From assembly GCF_009914755.1 (NCBI RefSeq), contig NC_060932.1: 64,000 bases of DNA. One strand, 5' to 3'. The position numbers were made by a program, and so were the translations under genes. The notes under the pieces were generated by a model. It saw only the letters and a program-made list of their open reading frames with translations, had not been told where the DNA came from and did not search any database. The stretch is from the human T2T-CHM13v2.0 reference genome, Homo sapiens. Of this stretch, positions 57,320-64,000 are shown in pieces (position 1 is the stretch's first letter; each line of letters opens with the position of its first letter).

Positions 57320-60234
57320 GACCCTTTTCCTGATAAAAACACTGAGGAAGTTAGGAATAAAGAGGAACTACCGTAACTCAATAAACAGCATCTGCAAAAA
57401 AGCCTACAGCTGACATCATATGTGATAGTTTAGTGAAAGGCTGAATGCTTTTCCCCTAAGATAGATACAAAGTAAGCATGTCTGCTCTCAATACTTTTTT
57501 TTTAAGGCTAGGGAAATATCCACAGATCACTACTTTTATTTAACATAATACTGGAAGTTCTAGCCACTGAAATAAGGCAAGAAAAACAAAAGGCACACAG
57601 ATTAAAACTCTACTTCCAGGTGATAGGGTTATCTATGTAGAATATCTGAAAAAGTCTATGAGAAAACTTCTACTAAAGTGAGTTCAGCAAGGTTGAAAGA
57701 TGTAAGATCAACATCCCAAAATCAACTGCATTTTTAAATACTATCAATGAACAGGTGGAAACCAAAATTAAAGATACCATATCATTTACAATCACTCCAA
57801 AGAAAATGAAAAGCTTAGGTTAGGTATGAACATAGCAAACATGCACAAGATCTATACACTGAGAATTACAAAACGCTGATGAAAGAAGTTGAAGGCAACT
57901 TAAATAAATGGAAAGACATGCTGTGCTCATGGATTGAAAGACTCAGCATAATAAAGACATCAATTGTCCCTAAATGCAATTCCTATCAAAATCCTAGCAA
58001 GGTTTTTCTGTTGACAGAGAGTTTATTCTGATGTTTATTTGGATGTTTATATGGAGTGGGACAGACCTTAGAACAGCTAAAACAATCTTGAAAGGGAAGA
58101 ATAAGGTGGGAGGGATGACTCTAATATTAAGGCCTGCGATATAACCATCATAACCAAGACAGCATGACAATGTCACAGAGGGAGACCCATAGATCAACGG
58201 GAGGGAGTAAGGACCCAGAAACAGACCCACACAAATATGGCCAACTAATTTTGGACAAAAATGCAGAAGCAAATCAATGGAGAAAGGATTTCAACAAATT
58301 ATTCTGTAGTAACTGAATATTCATCCATAGACAAAAAAAAAAAAAATGTTGCGAAAGGGAGTCTTGTGTGCACAGCCTTTCAGCCCCCACTCAGTGGCCT
58401 AAGAATGGGCCCTGGGCCTGAAACACATCTCACCAACAGATGAAGAGCCCTCATCACCTGTGGCAGGCTTATGCCTTGTGTGGAATACGTATCTCTCACT
58501 GCTGCAAGCTCATGTGTGCGCCTTTGTTCTGCTTAAGGGTGTGTGTCACATGGCACCTGGCCAACCTCATTGCTCTATCTGTTCCCCACCCAGGAAACAG
58601 GGTCCCTTAGTTGCAGTACAAGAGGGGTGCTCGTAGGCAGACCACCCCGTACGGGCAGCCACGAGGGACCCCTGGACACAGGGGACCCATACGCACTACT
58701 GAAACTGATCTTGCTCTGTCTCTTCTCTGTGTAACTATTGCTCCCTCGACTACCTGACTGTGTTGTGTTTTCCTTGGAGACTCTCGTACTGAGATACAGC
58801 GGGCACAAGTGTCTGGATCGTATTCCTGATGGTTGGCATAATGATGGTTTTTGCTAACCTCCATGGAGTGCCAGCCTTCCCTTGGAACTGAACACCAGTA
58901 CACAGAGTTCTGTTTGACACAAATGAACCTCAAACTAAACATCAACCTCAACCTGAAACAAAAATTATCTCAAAATGGATCACAGACTTAAATATAAAAT
59001 GTAAAACTACAGAACTTTAAGGAAAACAAAAAGCATAGGAAAAAATCTCCAGGATCAACGCAAGGCAAAGAGTTCTTAGACTTGACATGAAAACATGATC
59101 CATGAAAGGAAAAATTAGGAAGCTGGAACTCATCAGAATTAAAAACTTTTACTCTGTACAAGTCTTAAGAAAAAAAAAAAAAAAAGAAAATTAAAAGGCA
59201 AGCTACAGCCTAGAAGAAAATATTTACAAACCACATATCTAACAGAAAACTAGTAATGAGAATATATAAAAGACTCCGCTGAAGAGTAAAGCAATAATTC
59301 AATTAGAAATGTTTAACGTCTACCAAAGACATTTAACGAAAGAGGATATACAAATGACAAACAAGCACATTAAAAGATCTTCAACATCCTTATCCACCAA
59401 CGAAATAAAAAGTAAAACCATGATGAGATATCACTACATAGCTATCAGAATGGCTAAAATAAAACAGTGACACTACCACCAAATGCTAGAGAGGATGCAG
59501 AGAAATCAGATCCTTCATATGTTGCTGGTGGGAATATCAAACTGAAGAACTCTGGGAAACAGTTTGGCAGTTTCTTATGAAACTAAACATGCAATTATCA
59601 CATGTAAGTGCCCAGCAATTGCACTCCTGGGCACTTACTCCAGATAAATGAAAACTTATGTTCACACAAAAACCTGGACATGAATGTTCATAGCAGCTTC
59701 ACTCGTAACAGCCAAAGACTGGAAACAATCTAGATATCCTTCAATGTGTGAATGGTTAAACTGTGGTACATCCACACCAAGTAATAATACTCTGTAATGA
59801 AAAAGAACAAAGCACTGGTACATTAACCAACTGGGGTGAATCTCAGGGAATTGTGCTGACTGAAAAAAGCCAATCCCAAGAGGTTACATACTATATGACA
59901 TCGTTTATGTAAAATCCTTGAAATGATGAAATAACAGCAATGGAGAACAGGAGTGGTCGCCAGAGGTTGCACATGGGCAGGGGGTGAGGAAGAAGGTCAA
60001 TGTGGCTATAAAAATGCAGCACAAGGAATCTCTGGTGGCAGAACTGTTCTGTATATTGACTCTGTCATTGTCAATATCCTCGTTGTAATGACGTACTATA
60101 GTTTTGCAAGATGTACCACTGAGGAAACCAGGCAAAGAGTACAACAGATCCACAGAGTACAACAGTTTGTATTACTTCTAACTACTGCATGTAAATCTAA
60201 CATTATCTCAAAATTTAAAACTTAATTGAAAAAA
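57320..60234 (+). mobile_element. L1MD-like ORF2 and 3' UTR
   Basis: ORF2 motifs (CATAATACTGGAAGTTCTAGCC, AAATAAATGGAAAGACATGCTGTGCTCATGGATTG); 3' UTR TGTCAATATCCT...TAGTTTTGCAAGATGT...ACTGCATGTAAATCTA. Confidence 0.88.
58347..58919 (+). mobile_element. Solo LTR, ERVL-like (MER74/MER73/LTR53 group, subfamily uncertain)
   Basis: GC-richer block bounded by TGT...TTGACA that interrupts contiguous L1 sequence. Confidence 0.65.
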
Positions 60235-60843
60235 TAGCAGGTCACACTTGGCCTGTGGGCTATTATTTGCCAACCCCTGGTTTACAGAAAGGTGCTAAAA
60301 CTTTGTAACCCATTTCATCAAATGTGACTAGGTGACTCCAGATGCAAATTGACTAAGTTTCCAGAACTAACAATACCATAACCCGGCTGCCACGCTGTAC
60401 TTAGAAACCAATCCAAATGCACTGGCAAAGATCAAAGACCCATAGGACATTTTTGCTCCCTTGATAGAAAGGTGGGCATCAGCTACCTAATCCTCTTATT
60501 TTCCCCAAAGTATTCATCATCACAGAATCTACATTCTTTCCATTTTCCAGTCTGATCCAAGACTCAAGTTGGCTTCAAAAGCATTACATAACCTGGCACC
60601 AATTTTATATCCTTGGCAAGATTTAACAGGGAGGTACCCGTAAGCACTTACCATATACATACCACGTGCTGTGATTAACAAACATATCAATATTTCAACG
60701 TTAAAGAGGGTGTGGTTTTGTCATGTTTCATTTTAATAAACTATGTGCATATATACCATGGAACTTCATGCAGCCATTAAAAAGAACATATTAACTCTCA
60801 GCAGACTAAGAGTAGAGAACTTCTTTAACCTGATAAAGAACAT

Positions 60844-61233
60844 CACTTTGGTTTGAATGTGTCCCCTCCAAAATTCAGGTGTTGAAATTGAATTCCCAGT
60901 GTGATGGTACTAAGAGGAGGTACCCTTAAGAGGTGATTAGGTCATGAGGGCTCATCCCTCATGGATGAGAATAAAGCCCTTATAAAGGAGGCTTCACAGA
61001 GCATTCAGCTAGCTCACTTTTCTGTTCTTCTGCCATGTGAGGACACACTGTTTCTCCAATCCAGAGGAACCATCTTTGAAGCAGAGAACAGCCTTCAGCA
61101 GACAACTGAACTTGCTGACATGTTGACGGTGATCATGGACTTGCCAGCCTCCGGAGCTGTGAGAAAATACGTTTCTTTATAAATTACCCAGTTCTGTGGT
61201 ATTCTGTTATCACAACACGAATGGACGAGGACA
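60844..61233 (+). mobile_element. MLT1A/MSTD-type MaLR solo LTR
   Basis: GGTTTGAATGTGTCCCCTCCAAAATTCA...GGTGATTAGGTCATGAGGG...ATAAATTACCCAG...GGACA; 5-bp TSD AACAT. Confidence 0.9.
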
Positions 61234-62460
61234 AACATCTATTTTTAAAAATCCAGAGCTAATATCATACCTAAAAGTAGAAACTAGATGCTTTCCCACT
61301 AAGTTCTGGAACAATGCAAAGATGTCCACTATTACTACTCCTATTCAGCATCATACTAGAAGTCCTAGCTAATGTGGTAAGACAAGAAAAAGAAATAAAA
61401 GGTGTACAGATTGGGAAGGAAGAAATAAAACTGTTCATTCACAGATGACATGACTGTCTATGTAGAAAATCCAGAAAACATCCTGGAACTAATAAGAAAT
61501 TACAGCAAGGGTGCAGGTTACAAGATTAATATACGAAAGTCAATTATTGCCTTCCTATACCAGCAACGAACAACTGGAATTTGAAATCACAAACAAGACC
61601 ATTTACATCAACATCAAAAAAACACGAAATATTTTGGTATTAATAAAATATGTGCAAGATCCCTAAGAACAAGACTAAAAATCTGATGAAAGAAATATAT
61701 CTAAATAAATGGAGAGATAGTCCATGTGCACAAATAGGTAGATTCAATATTTTCAAGATGTCAGTTCTTCCCAACTTGATCTGGAGATTCAGTGCAACCC
61801 TATCATTGCAATCAAAATCCCAGCAAGTTATTTGTGAATATTAACAAACTGATTCTAAACTTTATATGGAAAGGGGGAAAAAAAGAATAGCTAACTCAAT
61901 ATTAAAGGAGAAGAACAAAGTCAGAGAACCGATGCTACTCAACTTCAACAATCAGCAAAAGAAAAGACATTTGTCTATTCTGACAAATGGATCATAATAA
62001 GGAGCCCAGAAATAGACCCACATAAATATGGTCAACTCATCTTTGACAAATGAGCAAAGGCAATACGATGGAGAAAAGACAGTCATTTCAACTAATGGGC
62101 TTGACCAACTGGACACCCACAGGCAAAAATAAATCTAGACACAGACCTTACAACCTTCACAAAAATCAACTTGGAATGGATCACATAGCTAAATGCAAAG
62201 CTATACAAATCCTAGAAGATAACACAGGAGAAAATCTAGGTGACCTTCGGTTTGGCAATAACTTTTTAGATACACGAAAGGCACAATCCATGAAAGAAAT
62301 GGTCCACAAGCTGGATGTCATTTAAATTAAAAACTTCTCCTTTCCCAAAGATACTGTCAAGAAGATAAGAAGACAAGCCACAGGCTGGGAAAAAATTGGA
62401 AAAGACACATCTGATAAAGGATATCCAAAATATACAAAGAGCTCTTAAAACTCAACAATA

Positions 62461-62768
<308 letters not shown>

Positions 62769-63807
62769 TCAGTAAGAAAACAACCCAACTGAAATATGGG
62801 CAAAAGATTTGAACAGACACATCACCAAAGAAAACATAATATGGCAAATAAGCTCAGGAAAGATCTTCATCAGCATATATCATTTGGGAATTGCAAATTA
62901 AAACAATGAGATCCCACTAAATGTCTGTGGAATAGCTAAAATCCAAAGCACTGATAACAACAACTGCCGGGAAGGATGTGGAGCAAGAGGAACCCTCATT
63001 TATTGCTGGTGGCAATGCAAAATGGTACAGAAGACAATTTGGCAGTTTGTTATGGAACTACATATACCATACAACCCAGAAATCACACTTTTGGGCATTT
63101 ACCCAAATGAGTTGAAAACTTATGACCACACAAAAACTTGAATAAAAATTTTAATAGAGGCTTTATTCATAACTGCCAAAACAATTATAGATCCCCATGT
63201 AAGTGATGCACATATTTATTCAGTAGGTGAATGGATCAACTGTGGTACATCCATACAATGGAATATTATTGATAATAAAAAGAAATTTGGCTATCCAACC
63301 AGGAAAAGACATGAAGGTTCCTCAAATCATATTGTTAAGTGAAAGAAGCCAACCGAAAAGGCTATATACTATATAATTCCAAATATACGACATTCTGGAA
63401 AAAGCAAAGACTATGGAGACAATAAAAAAAGTTCAGTGGTTGCAAGGGGTTCTTGGGAAGGGGGAGATGGACAAATAGGTAAAGCACAGAGGACTTTTAA
63501 GGCAGTGAAGGCATTCTGTTCTGATACTGCAATGGTAGGTACATATCATCATGCATCTGTCAAAACCCACAGACTGGATGATAGCAAAAATGAACTCTAA
63601 TGTAAACTACAGACTTTAGTTAATAATAATGTATCTATATTGGCTCATCAATTGTAACTAAAGCAAGACGTTAACAGGGGAAACTCAGGGAGGAGTGTGT
63701 ATGGGAACTCTGTACTTTCCACTCAATTTTTCTGTAAACCTAAAACTGCTCGAAAAAAAAAAAAAAGTCATTTAAGATAAAAGAACATACTAAAGATATA
63801 CCAGCTG

Positions 63808-64000
63808 AGCCAGGTGCAGCAGCTCACACCTGTAATCCCAGCACTTTGGGAGGGTGAGGTAGGCGGATCACCTGAGGTCAGGAGTTCGAGACCAGCCCGG
63901 CCAACATGGTAGAAACCAGTCTCTACTAAAAATACAAAAAAATAGCTAGGTCTGGTGACGGATGCCTGTAATCCCATCTACTCGGAAGGCTGAGGCAGAA
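63808..64000 (+). mobile_element. AluSx-like (cut by the window edge)
   Basis: GCTCACACCTGTAATCCCAGCACTTTGGGAGG...CACCTGAGGTCAGGAGTTCGAGACC. Confidence 0.95.

Overview
Primate (human-like) nuclear DNA, almost certainly intronic. No convincing protein-coding exon, CRISPR array, rRNA or prokaryotic system is present. The window is dominated by interspersed repeats: about 17 Alu/FLAM elements, many L1 fragments, L2/MIR relics, six solo LTRs and hAT/mariner DNA-transposon fossils. It also holds an old processed RPL21 pseudogene split by an AluJ and a degenerate tRNA-Cys(GCA) copy. Most L1s and LTRs lie on the + strand and the best splice signals lie on the - strand, suggesting a minus-strand host gene that I cannot name. 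That gene appears to have a repeat-poor putative internal promoter/first exon at about 34.6-35.3 kb and candidate short 5'-UTR-type exons at 19928-20003, 11245-11339 and possibly 52533-52681. The most unusual observations are: a possible junction-built 29-aa uORF/micropeptide; a tailless Alu with fold-back hairpins at both ends; a 26-bp micro-inversion in an L1; a possible Alu-L1 chimeric insertion; and a tRNA relic looped between inverted Alus. Repeat subfamily names come from recalled consensus sequences, and the boundaries of old repeats are approximate.
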